The notes under the pieces were generated by a model, which worked only from the letters and a program-made list of their open reading frames with translations, ran no database searches and was not told where the DNA came from. Shown piece after piece: positions 1 through 9,052 of a DNA stretch of 64,000 bases. How positions within the stretch are numbered: the stretch's first letter is position 1; the number at the start of each line of letters is the position of its first letter. Source of the stretch: Halarcobacter sp. (GTDB lineage Bacteria; Campylobacterota; Campylobacteria; Campylobacterales; Arcobacteraceae). The stretch spans positions 64,001 through 128,000 of the forward strand of contig CP182352.1 in assembly GCA_048571215.1 (NCBI GenBank), in the 5' to 3' direction. The translations under genes were made by a program, and so were the position numbers.

Positions 1-1767
1 AAACTACTAACTAGCGCAGTTGCCGTTACACTATCTGCACTAATTAGCGGGTGTGTTTCTACGAACAGCACAATGAATAGTAACATAAGTGAGGTTACAA
101 AGCCCTCATATGCACCTGTTACATATGATGAAATCTTAAATGATGAGAAGTCTACAGAAGATGTTCTTACATATGGACATGGTCAAAAAGGACAAAGGTT
201 CTCACCACTTACTCAAATTAATAAAGAGACAGTAAAAGATTTAGTTCCTGTATGGAATTTCTCTTTTGGTGGTGAAAAACAAAGAGGTCAAGAGTCTCAA
301 CCACTTGTAAAAGATGGAGTTATGTATGTAACAGCTTCTTATTCAAGAATTTTTGCAATTGATATTGCAACTGGTGAAGAGCTTTGGCAATATGATTCAA
401 GACTTCCAGCTGGAATCTTACCTTGTTGTGATGTAATCAACAGAGGTGCTGCACTTTATGATAATCTAGTGATTTTTGGAACACTAGATGCTAAGTTAGT
501 AGCACTTGACAGAAAAACTGGAAAAGTTGTTTGGAAAAAGAAAGTAGCTGATTATAAAGAGGGATATTCAATTACAAATGCACCACTAATAGTAAAAGAC
601 ATGGTTGTAACTGGTGTTGCTGGTGGTGAGTTTGGTATTGTTGGAAAAGTTGAAGCAAGAGATGCTAAAACTGGTGAAGTTGTTTGGACTAGACCAACAG
701 TTGAAGGACATATGGGATACTTAAATGGTAAACCAAATGGTATTACAGGTGGACAAGTTGGTAAAACATGGCCAGGAGATATGTGGAAAAATGGTGGAGC
801 TGCAACATGGCTTGGTGGAACATATGATCCTGAAACTGATTTGATTTTCTATGGAGCAGGAAACCCAGCACCTTGGAATTCACATACAAGACCAGGTGAT
901 AACTTATACTCTTCTTCTAGACTTGCTATTAATCCAGATACGGGAAAAATTGTTTGGCATTTCCAAACAACTCCACACGATGGTTGGGATTTTGATGGTG
1001 TAAATGAGTTAGTTTCATTTAACAAAGATGGTAAAAAATTAGCAGGTACTGCTGATAGAAATGGTTTCTTCTATGTATTAAATAGAGAAAATGGTAAATT
1101 TATTACTGCTAATCCATTTGTTTCAAATATTACTTGGGCAAAAGGTATTGATAAAAATGGTAGACCAATCTATAATGATGCAAATAGACCAGGAAATCCA
1201 GATGGTGCTTCAAAAGGTAAATCAGTATTTGCTGTTCCTTCATTCTTAGGTGGTAAAAACTGGATGCCAATCTCATACTCTAAAAAGACACAGATGTTCT
1301 ATGTTCCTTCAAATGAGTGGGGAATGGATATTTGGAATCAACCAATTCATTATAAAAAAGGTGCAGCATATTTAGGTGCAGGATTTACAATCAAACCAAT
1401 TTTCGAAGATCATATTGGTTCACTTAAAGCAATTGATCCATTAACAGGTAAGATTAAATGGGAATATAAAAACCCAGCTCCATTATGGGCAGGGGTATTA
1501 ACTACTGCTGGTGGACTTGTATTTACAGGAACTCCTGAAGGTAAATTCTTAGCATTTGATGATGAAACTGGAAAAATCCTTTACAAATTTAATGCTGGTT
1601 CAGGAATCGTTTCTTCTCCAATTACTTGGGAGCAAAATGGTGAACAATATATCGCAATCGTATCTGGTTGGGGTGGAGCTGTTCCTTTATGGGGTGGAAA
1701 AGTTGCAAAACTTATTAAAAACATCAACCAAGGTGGAACTGTACACGTATTTAAACTACATAAATAA
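1..1767 (+). CDS. pedH: PQQ-dependent alcohol dehydrogenase, PedH/ExaF (lanthanide) type, lipoprotein; 5' end truncated by the window
   Basis: Vicinal CC (PCCDVINRG), GGEFG, GNPAPWN and [13 protein letters not shown] motifs. Frame 1 is open from base 1 and reads [18 protein letters not shown], a hydrophobic signal with a lipobox. Followed by pqq genes. Confidence 0.9.
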   Translation, partial: KLLTSAVAVTLSALISGCVSTNSTMNSNISEVTKPSYAPVTYDEILNDEKSTEDVLTYGHGQKGQRFSPLTQINKETVKDLVPVWNFSFGGEKQRGQESQPLVKDGVMYVTASYSRIFAIDIATGEELWQYDSRLPAGILPCCDVINRGAALYDNLVIFGTLDAKLVALDRKTGKVVWKKKVADYKEGYSITNAPLIVKDMVVTGVAGGEFGIVGKVEARDAKTGEVVWTRPTVEGHMGYLNGKPNGITGGQVGKTWPGDMWKNGGAATWLGGTYDPETDLIFYGAGNPAPWNSHTRPGDNLYSSSRLAINPDTGKIVWHFQTTPHDGWDFDGVNELVSFNKDGKKLAGTADRNGFFYVLNRENGKFITANPFVSNITWAKGIDKNGRPIYNDANRPGNPDGASKGKSVFAVPSFLGGKNWMPISYSKKTQMFYVPSNEWGMDIWNQPIHYKKGAAYLGAGFTIKPIFEDHIGSLKAIDPLTGKIKWEYKNPAPLWAGVLTTAGGLVFTGTPEGKFLAFDDETGKILYKFNAGSGIVSSPITWEQNGEQYIAIVSGWGGAVPLWGGKVAKLIKNINQGGTVHVFKLHK

Positions 1768-1790
1768 ATCTTGAAAAGGAGGAAAATAAT

Positions 1791-1865
1791 ATGAAATGGG
1801 AAACACCTGCATTTATAGATAATAGATTTGGTTTTGAAGTTACAATGTACATTTGTCATGTATAA
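1791..1865 (+). CDS. pqqA: PQQ precursor peptide PqqA (24 aa, MKWETPAFIDNRFGFEVTMYICHV)
   Basis: Translated by hand. Has the W-x-x-P and RFGFEVTMY (E-x-x-x-Y) motifs, a strong AGGAGG RBS, and lies directly before pqqB. Absent from the ORF track. Confidence 0.97.
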   Translation: MKWETPAFIDNRFGFEVTMYICHV

Positions 1866-1901
1866 GTGATACTTCATATTATAGTTTTAAATTTAAATAT
1901 T

Positions 1902-1935
1902 AAAAGTAAGTCAGATTTTTCTGACTTGCTTTTTA
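1902..1935 (+). terminator. Hairpin with T-tract between pqqA and pqqB
   Basis: AAAAGTAAGTCAGA / TCTGACTTGCTTTT stem whose 3' end is a T run. Confidence 0.65.
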
Positions 1936-1982
1936 TAAAAAGTTTAAAGGGAACTTTTTATAAAAAGCAGATGGAGTAAAAG

Positions 1983-2900
1983 ATGAGAATACAAGTATTG
2001 GGTTCAAGTGCTGGTGGAGGACTTCCACAATTTAATTGTAATTGTGATAATTGCAAAGGTTATAGAGAAGGAAAAACAAGTATTAAAAAAAGAACTCAAA
2101 GTTCAATCACTATAAGTGAAGATGGAGAAAATTGGGTTTTATTTAATACTTCCCCAGATATTTTAGAACAAATTCATAACTCACCGTTTTTACAACCAAA
2201 AGATGCAAGACGCGAAACTAAAATAAAAGCTATAGTTTTTATAGATGCACAGATTGATCATACAACAGGGCTTTTGATGTTAAGGGAAGGTTGTCCCCAT
2301 GAAGTTTATTGTACAAAAGAGGTTCATGAGGAACTAAATACTTCATTTCCTTTATTTAAGATGCTTACTCACTGGGATGGTGGAGGAGTTAAATATAATG
2401 AGATTTCATTTAATAAACAACCATTTGAGATACCAGTTATGCCAAACTATGAGTTTTATGCAATGCCCTTAATCTCAAATGCACCACCATATTCAAAATA
2501 TAGAGATAAACCAAGAGTAGGGGATAATATTGGAGTTGTAGTTAAAAATAAAACTACAGGAAAAAAACTTTTTTATCTTCCAGGACTTGGAGTTGCGGAA
2601 CCTAGAATTATTCAAGAGATGAGTGAAGCAGATATTTTACTTGTTGATGGAACTTTATGGACAAATGATGAGATGATAAGAAATGGTTTTTCAACAAAAC
2701 TTGGTACTGATATGGGACATATCCCATTAAGTGGAGAGGATGGTCTTATAAAAATACTTGATGGTATGAGTAAACCAAGAAAAATACTAATACATATAAA
2801 TAATACAAATCCAATTTTGGATGAAACAAGTAAAGAATATGCCCAACTTATATCACATGGGATAGAAGTGTCTTACGATGGTATGAGTATAGAGATTTAA
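1983..2900 (+). CDS. pqqB: PQQ biosynthesis protein PqqB
   Basis: LGSSAGGGLPQFNCNCDNC, RTQSSI, DHTTGLL, MGH and IHINNTNPIL motifs. Confidence 0.97.
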   Translation: MRIQVLGSSAGGGLPQFNCNCDNCKGYREGKTSIKKRTQSSITISEDGENWVLFNTSPDILEQIHNSPFLQPKDARRETKIKAIVFIDAQIDHTTGLLMLREGCPHEVYCTKEVHEELNTSFPLFKMLTHWDGGGVKYNEISFNKQPFEIPVMPNYEFYAMPLISNAPPYSKYRDKPRVGDNIGVVVKNKTTGKKLFYLPGLGVAEPRIIQEMSEADILLVDGTLWTNDEMIRNGFSTKLGTDMGHIPLSGEDGLIKILDGMSKPRKILIHINNTNPILDETSKEYAQLISHGIEVSYDGMSIEI

Positions 2901-2925
2901 TAAAGAAGATAAAAAAGGAAATATC

Positions 2926-3222
2926 ATGAAAAATATAGTGATTGTAGCTAACGTTAAAGTAAAAGATGGATTTAAAGATGAAGTTTATTCTGAACTTTTA
3001 AAATTACATGAAGCAACTCACAAATATGATGAGGGGTGTATTCAATACGATTTGCACAAAAACTTAGATGATGAAAATAGTTTTACTTTTGTAGAAACTT
3101 GGCAAAATGCAAATCTTTTAGAAGAGCATATGAAAAAAGAACATTTTTTACAATTTGCTCAATCTGTAGATGGTAAATTAGAAAATTTGGATATACAAAA
3201 ATTAGAAAAAGTTAATTTATAA
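2926..3222 (+). CDS. ABM-family (putative quinol) monooxygenase
   Basis: 98 aa; EGCIQYDLH...FTFVETW...LEEHMKKEHF pattern. Confidence 0.85.
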   Translation: MKNIVIVANVKVKDGFKDEVYSELLKLHEATHKYDEGCIQYDLHKNLDDENSFTFVETWQNANLLEEHMKKEHFLQFAQSVDGKLENLDIQKLEKVNL

Positions 3223-3234
3223 AAGGAGAAGAAA

Positions 3235-3990
3235 ATGACAAAAAGAATGGATAGATTATTATCAAAAGAAGAGTTTGAAGCAAAACTAAGAGGTATGGGT
3301 GAGATGTACCATATTCATCATCCTTTCCATATAAGAATGTATGAAGGTACTTGTACTAAAGAGGAGATTAAAGGTTGGGTTGCAAATAGATTTTATTATC
3401 AAACAGCAATTCCAATTAAAGATGCAGCAATTATGTCAAATAACCCACCACTAGAAGATAGAAGAAAGTGGATTGATAGAATTATAGACCATGATAGTGT
3501 AGGTGGTGGAATAGAGGCTTGGTTAGAACTTGGTGAAGCTGTAGGACTAGATAAAGAGGATTTGATTTCTCACAAATATGTATTACCAGCGGTTAAGTTT
3601 GCAGTTGATGCTTATGTAAATTTTGCAAAACAATCTCCATGGAAAGAATCTGCAATGTCTTCATTAACTGAGATGTTTGCACCACAAATTCACCAACAAA
3701 GACTTGATACTTGGCCTAAAAACTACCCTTGGATAGAACAAAAAGGTTTAAGATATTTTCAAAAAAGATTAACAGAAGCAAGAAGAGATGTACAACATGG
3801 TTTGGCTTTAACTTTAGAAGAGTTTAATACTGTTGAACTACAAAATAGAGCTTGCGAAATTTTACAGTTTAAACTTGATATATTATGGGTTATGGTTGAT
3901 GCTTTATATTTAGCTTATGAGCTTAAAAGACCACCATATTTTAATATAAAGGGTTGTAATGCAACTAGAAAAATCACTTGTAGTGAATAA
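3235..3990 (+). CDS. pqqC: Pyrroloquinoline-quinone synthase PqqC
   Basis: [40 protein letters not shown] motifs. Confidence 0.97.
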   Translation: MTKRMDRLLSKEEFEAKLRGMGEMYHIHHPFHIRMYEGTCTKEEIKGWVANRFYYQTAIPIKDAAIMSNNPPLEDRRKWIDRIIDHDSVGGGIEAWLELGEAVGLDKEDLISHKYVLPAVKFAVDAYVNFAKQSPWKESAMSSLTEMFAPQIHQQRLDTWPKNYPWIEQKGLRYFQKRLTEARRDVQHGLALTLEEFNTVELQNRACEILQFKLDILWVMVDALYLAYELKRPPYFNIKGCNATRKITCSE

Positions 3991-4228
3991 TCACTTCCAA
4001 TTACAATATGAAGATGCCCAAGAGTGTTTTGTTTTACTCTATCCAGAAGGGATGGTTCAACTAAATCAAAGTGCAGGTGAAATAATGAATCTATGTGATG
4101 GGAAAAACTCTTGTTTAGATATTGCTAAAATATTGGAAGAAAAGTTTAATATGAGTGATTTAAAAAAAGATGTGGAGGCTTTTTTAATTGAGGCCTTAGA
4201 GCGTAAGTGGGTGATGTATGAAAACTGA
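3959..4228 (+). CDS. pqqD: PqqD peptide chaperone
   Basis: [22 protein letters not shown]; position in operon. Confidence 0.95.
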   Translation: MQLEKSLVVNNHFQLQYEDAQECFVLLYPEGMVQLNQSAGEIMNLCDGKNSCLDIAKILEEKFNMSDLKKDVEAFLIEALERKWVMYEN

Positions 4229-5330
4229 TATTAAACCACCTCTTTGGATGCTTTTAGAGTTGACTCATAAGTGTCCTTTGGAGTGTTCATATTGCTACAA
4301 CCAACTAGATTTTGCTAATACAAAAGATAGTATGAGTAAAGAAGATTGGTTTAGGGTTTTAGAAGAAGCACGGGCTATGGGTGCAGTTCAATTAGGACTC
4401 TCTGGAGGTGAGCCTCTTTTAAATAAAGACATTTTAGAGATTGTAAAAAAAGCTAGTGATTTAAAGTTTTATACAAATCTTATAACCTCAGGAGTTGGGG
4501 CTGATTTATCAATAGTTCCAAAACTAAAAGAGGCAGGATTAAAAACTGTGCAACTTGGGATTCAATCCCACGATGCAAATACAACTGCCCTTATTACAAA
4601 TAATAAAAATGCCCAAGCAGATAAAATAGCTTTTGCAAAAGCTTGTAAAGATAATGGTTTACAACTTATTGTAAACTCATGTATCACTAGACAAAATATT
4701 CATCAAATTGGTGAGATAATTGAGTTTGCTGATTCAATTGGTGCAAACTATTTAGAAGTGGCAAATATACAATATTATGGTTGGGCATTAGAAAATATAA
4801 ATGCCCTTTTACCAACACAAGAGCAACTAACAAAAGCAAAAGAGATTGTGGATTATTACAGGGAAAAAAGAAAAGATATGAAAGTGTTTTTTGTAGTTCC
4901 AGATTATTTTGCAACTAGACCAAAGGCATGTATGAATGGTTGGGGAACTACCTTTTTAACTATCAATCCAGATGGTTTAGCACTTCCATGTAATACAGCA
5001 AATACTTTGCCTTTAGAGTTTCCAAATGTAAAAGAGTATAGTGTAGCCCAAATATGGAATGATTCTGAAGCCTTTAACTTCTTTAGAGGTGATAAGTGGA
5101 TGAAAGAACCTTGTAGAACTTGTCCTGAAAAAGAGGCAGATTTTGGTGGATGTAGATGTCAAGCATATGCTTTAACAAAAGATATGAATGAAGCTGATCC
5201 TGTTTGTGATAAATCAAGTTATCATAATGTGGTTTTAGATAAAGTTGAAACGGCTTTAAAATCTACAAACAAACCAATTTATAGAAATAAACAAAATTCA
5301 TTAATATTTTCTAACAAAACAAGAGTATAA
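4218..5330 (+). CDS. pqqE: Radical SAM/SPASM protein PqqE
   Basis: CPLECSYC (CX3CX2C), SGGEP, RPKACMNGWG, DFGGCRCQA. Confidence 0.97.
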   Translation: MKTDIKPPLWMLLELTHKCPLECSYCYNQLDFANTKDSMSKEDWFRVLEEARAMGAVQLGLSGGEPLLNKDILEIVKKASDLKFYTNLITSGVGADLSIVPKLKEAGLKTVQLGIQSHDANTTALITNNKNAQADKIAFAKACKDNGLQLIVNSCITRQNIHQIGEIIEFADSIGANYLEVANIQYYGWALENINALLPTQEQLTKAKEIVDYYREKRKDMKVFFVVPDYFATRPKACMNGWGTTFLTINPDGLALPCNTANTLPLEFPNVKEYSVAQIWNDSEAFNFFRGDKWMKEPCRTCPEKEADFGGCRCQAYALTKDMNEADPVCDKSSYHNVVLDKVETALKSTNKPIYRNKQNSLIFSNKTRV

Positions 5331-5411
5331 ATTTTCTAATTTATACAAAAATATAGGAAAAAAAGGGTATATATTATATTAAAAATTTAGAAATTGTAAA
5401 ATGAGATATTA

Positions 5412-7037
5412 ATGAAAAATAATATATTCGCAGGTTTAACAGTAGGAATAATTGCCTTGCCTTTATCCATGGCATTGGCAATAGCCATTGGTGTCCCTCC
5501 ACAAAATGGGCTTTATACAGCTATAATAGCAGGAATTATTGCCTCAATATTTGGTAGTAGCAAGATAAATATTTCAGGACCAACAGCTGCCTTTGTTGTT
5601 ATTTTAATTCCAATAGTTCAAGAGTTTGGACTTTCAGGACTTTTACTTTGTGGTCTTATGTCAGGATTTATTCTTTTATTGATGGGGATTTTTAAACTTG
5701 GAAATTTAATAGAATTAATTCCTTATCCTGTTACTGTTGGATTTACAACTGGTATAGCTGTAGTTATTGCAACTTTTCAAATAAAAGATTTTTTTGGCTT
5801 AAATATAGAACACTTTACAGGACATTTTCATCAAAAAGTTTATACTTTAATCTCTTCATTCCCAAGCTTTAAATTAAGTGAATTAACTGTTGGTCTGGCA
5901 ACTTTGTTTATTTTAATTCTTTGGCCAAAAACGAAAAGTAAAATACCAGCAGCATTAATTGCCTTATCTATTGTTACAATTTGTGTTTATTATTATAATA
6001 ATAATTTAGATCCAAATTTACAAATATCGACAATATATTCTAGTTTTGAGTATCAAGTAGGAGAGATGACCGGTAAGGGTATTCCTCCAATTCCTTTACA
6101 ATTTACTCTTCCTTGGAGTGGATATTCAATTGATGATATAAATCTTGATATGTTTTATAAACTTCTTCCCCATAGTGTAGCCATTGCAATTTTAGGTGCC
6201 TTGGAATCACTATTATGTGCTGTTATTTCTGATGGTATGACAGGGAATAGAACAAATCCAAATAAAGAACTAATAGGTCAAGGTTTAGCAAATGTTTTTG
6301 TTCCTTTTTTTGGAGGAATACCAGCAACCGCTGCTATTGCAAGAACAGTTGTAAATATCAAAGGTGGAGCAAATTCAAAGATTTCATCAGTAGTTCATTC
6401 TATTTTTATTTTATTATCTATTGTATTTTTAGCTCCTTTTTTATCATATTTGCCCATGGCATCACTTTCAGCATTGCTATTAATTGTTGCGTGGAATATG
6501 TCTGAGGTTAAACACTTTGTAAATATTTTAAAAGTTGCCCCAAAACATGATGTTTATGTTTTACTTACATGTTTTATTTTAACTGTATTACTTGATATGC
6601 AAATTGCAGTTGGTGTTGGTATGGGATTGGCTTCAATATTATTTATTAAAAGAACTATTGATTTATATTCAATAAATTTAGTGAATAATAAACACTCTTT
6701 AAGACACCCAAATTTACCTGAACATATTGCAATATATGATATTAATGGTCCCATGTTTTTTGGAGCAGCACAAAATGCACTTAGAGTTTTGGTGGATACA
6801 AAAGATAATATAAAAATAGTAATATTAAATTTAGAGCATGTAACGATGATGGATATGACAGCACTTGTTGCCTTTAAATCGATAATTAATAATTTTGAAA
6901 GAAATAATAAAAATTTGGTAATAACAGGTGTCAATAATAGAATTACTAAAAAATTTAAAAAGTTTGGAATAAAGTTTGATGATGATAAATTAAAAATTAG
7001 AAGTGATATAAATTTAGCGTTGGATGAATTAGAATAA
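5412..7037 (+). CDS. SulP/SLC26 family anion or C4-dicarboxylate transporter (DauA-like) with STAS domain
   Basis: AGLTVGIIALPLSMALAIA, SGPTAAF, GGIPATAAIART; C-terminal INGPMFFGAA STAS motif. Confidence 0.9.
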   Translation: MKNNIFAGLTVGIIALPLSMALAIAIGVPPQNGLYTAIIAGIIASIFGSSKINISGPTAAFVVILIPIVQEFGLSGLLLCGLMSGFILLLMGIFKLGNLIELIPYPVTVGFTTGIAVVIATFQIKDFFGLNIEHFTGHFHQKVYTLISSFPSFKLSELTVGLATLFILILWPKTKSKIPAALIALSIVTICVYYYNNNLDPNLQISTIYSSFEYQVGEMTGKGIPPIPLQFTLPWSGYSIDDINLDMFYKLLPHSVAIAILGALESLLCAVISDGMTGNRTNPNKELIGQGLANVFVPFFGGIPATAAIARTVVNIKGGANSKISSVVHSIFILLSIVFLAPFLSYLPMASLSALLLIVAWNMSEVKHFVNILKVAPKHDVYVLLTCFILTVLLDMQIAVGVGMGLASILFIKRTIDLYSINLVNNKHSLRHPNLPEHIAIYDINGPMFFGAAQNALRVLVDTKDNIKIVILNLEHVTMMDMTALVAFKSIINNFERNNKNLVITGVNNRITKKFKKFGIKFDDDKLKIRSDINLALDELE

Positions 7038-7053
7038 ATTTAATTTAAATTTA

Positions 7054-8382
7054 GGGAGTGTTAGAAAATCTGTGTCAGTCTGATATAATAAATATTATAA
7101 GGATTGATATAGATGGAAAAGAAAAAACAATTTGATTTTAATGAAGCTGTACAAGATTTACTTGCAGGTAAAAATATCAATGGTAAAGATGGAGTACTTG
7201 CTCCATTAGTAAAACAATTAGTTGAAGCTGCTTTAGAAGCAGAATTAGATTCTCATATAACTCAAGATGTATTTGCAGGAAATAAAAATAGAAAGAATGG
7301 TAAAAGCTCTAAAACAATAAAATCAACAAGTGGTTCCTTTGAATTGAATACTCCAAGAGATAGAACAGGTTCTTTTGAACCACAACTTGTAAAGAAAAAC
7401 CAAACAACAATGTCTAATGAAATAGAAGAAAAGATATTATCTATGTATGGCTTAGGATTAAGCTATAGAGATATTATAAAACATATTGAAGAGATATATC
7501 AAATACAATTATCAAGTGCAACAATAAGCACTATTACAGATAAAATTATAGATAAGGTAAAAGCTTGGCAAAGTAGACCTTTAGAAGCTATTTATCCATT
7601 TGTATGGCTTGATGCGATACATTATAAAATAAAAGATGGTGGGAAGTATGTGAGTAAAGCAGTTTACACAGTTTTAGGGATGGGAATTGATGGTAAAAAA
7701 GATATATTAGGATTATATTTATCCCAAAGTGAAGGAGCAAACTTCTGGCTTAGTGTTCTTACTGATTTAAATAATAGAGGATTAGAAGATATACTAATTG
7801 CATCAGTAGATGGTCTTAAAGGCTTTCCTGAAGCTATTAAAACAATATATCCAAATACCGAAGTACAACTTTGTGTTGTACATCAAATTCGTAATTCATT
7901 GAAGTATGTAGCTTCTAAAGACCAAAAAGAGTTTATGAGAGATTTAAAACTTGTTTATCAAGCAACAACAAAAGAACTTGCAGAAGATGAGCTTTTAAAA
8001 CTAGATGAAAAATGGGGAAAAGATATCCCATAGTACTTCAATCTTGGCAAAATAAATGGGAGAATTTATCTTATTATTTTAAATATCCAAAAGAGATAAG
8101 AAAGATTATGTACACTACAAATATTATTGAATCTGTACATAGGCAATTTAGAAAATTAACCAAAACAAAAGGAGCTTTCCCTAATGAGAATTCACTTTTA
8201 AAATTGTTGTATATGGGAATATTAAATGCAAAAGTAAAATGGACTCAGCCAGTGCATAATTGGAGTTTAACAATCTCCCAACTTGCTATATTTTTCGAAG
8301 GGAGATTGGATAATTATTTAGAGTTGTAACAAGTATGGATTTGTTACTTTAGGTGACTTGACACAGATTTTTGAACGGTCTC
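7054..8382 (+). mobile_element. IS256-family insertion sequence
   Basis: Left end GGGAGTGTTAGAAAATCTGTGTCA (7054-7077) matches the reverse complement of the right end (8359-8382) at 19/24 positions. Perfect 8-bp target duplication TAAATTTA at 7046-7053 and 8383-8390. Confidence 0.95.
7113..8329 (+). pseudogene. IS256 (Mutator-type) transposase with a single frameshift near 8018-8021
   Basis: NRKNG, PRDR, WLDA, DGLKGFPEAI, QLCVVHQIRN in the first ORF; YTTNIIES in the second ORF. Adding one A to GGGGAAAAGA restores KWGKRYPIV. Confidence 0.9.
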
Positions 8383-8392
8383 TAAATTTATT

Positions 8393-9052
8393 CTAATGAG
8401 GTCTTTCAACCATATACCCAATACCTCTAATGTTTATAATAAAATCCTCTTTTAGAACTTTTTTTACTCTATTTACTTCTGCTCTTATTGTTGCATTATC
8501 TATATAGTCATCGTTCCATACATAATCCCTAAACATATCATAATTACAAACCAAACTTCTATTTGCTGCAAGCAAGTCTATTATTTGTATTTGTCTTTTA
8601 GGTAAAATTTGAGGCTCATTATTAAACAATAAAATCATATTTTTTGAATCATAACTATAAGATTTTGATAATCTTTTATGTTCTTGTGGAACAATATTTG
8701 TTTTTAGAATTTTATTTATTCTAAGGGTTAGTTCTTTTAAATGAAAAGGTTTTTTTAGATAATCGTGACAACCTATATCAAAAGCTCTTGTAATATCTTC
8801 AATATCTATTAGTGCAGATATAAAAATAGTAGGTACCATCCTTTTTTGTTTATGTAAATCTTCTAAAATAGATATTCCATCTTGATCTGGAACATTTATA
8901 TCAAATACTAAGAGGTCAAATTTATCTTCTGCTAAAGCTTCTTTACATGAATTCCCATCAGTTACTGAAATAACTTTATGTCCAGTTGAATTAAGATATT
9001 GAGTTATTGCTTTATTTAACATAATATCATCTTCTAATAGTAATATTTTCAT
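8393..9052 (-). CDS. OmpR-family response regulator
   Basis: LLEDD, FDINVP, DYLKKPF; C-terminal wHTH NIRGIGY. Confidence 0.93.
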   Translation of the reverse strand: MKILLLEDDIMLNKAITQYLNSTGHKVISVTDGNSCKEALAEDKFDLLVFDINVPDQDGISILEDLHKQKRMVPTIFISALIDIEDITRAFDIGCHDYLKKPFHLKELTLRINKILKTNIVPQEHKRLSKSYSYDSKNMILLFNNEPQILPKRQIQIIDLLAANRSLVCNYDMFRDYVWNDDYIDNATIRAEVNRVKKVLKEDFIINIRGIGYMVERPH

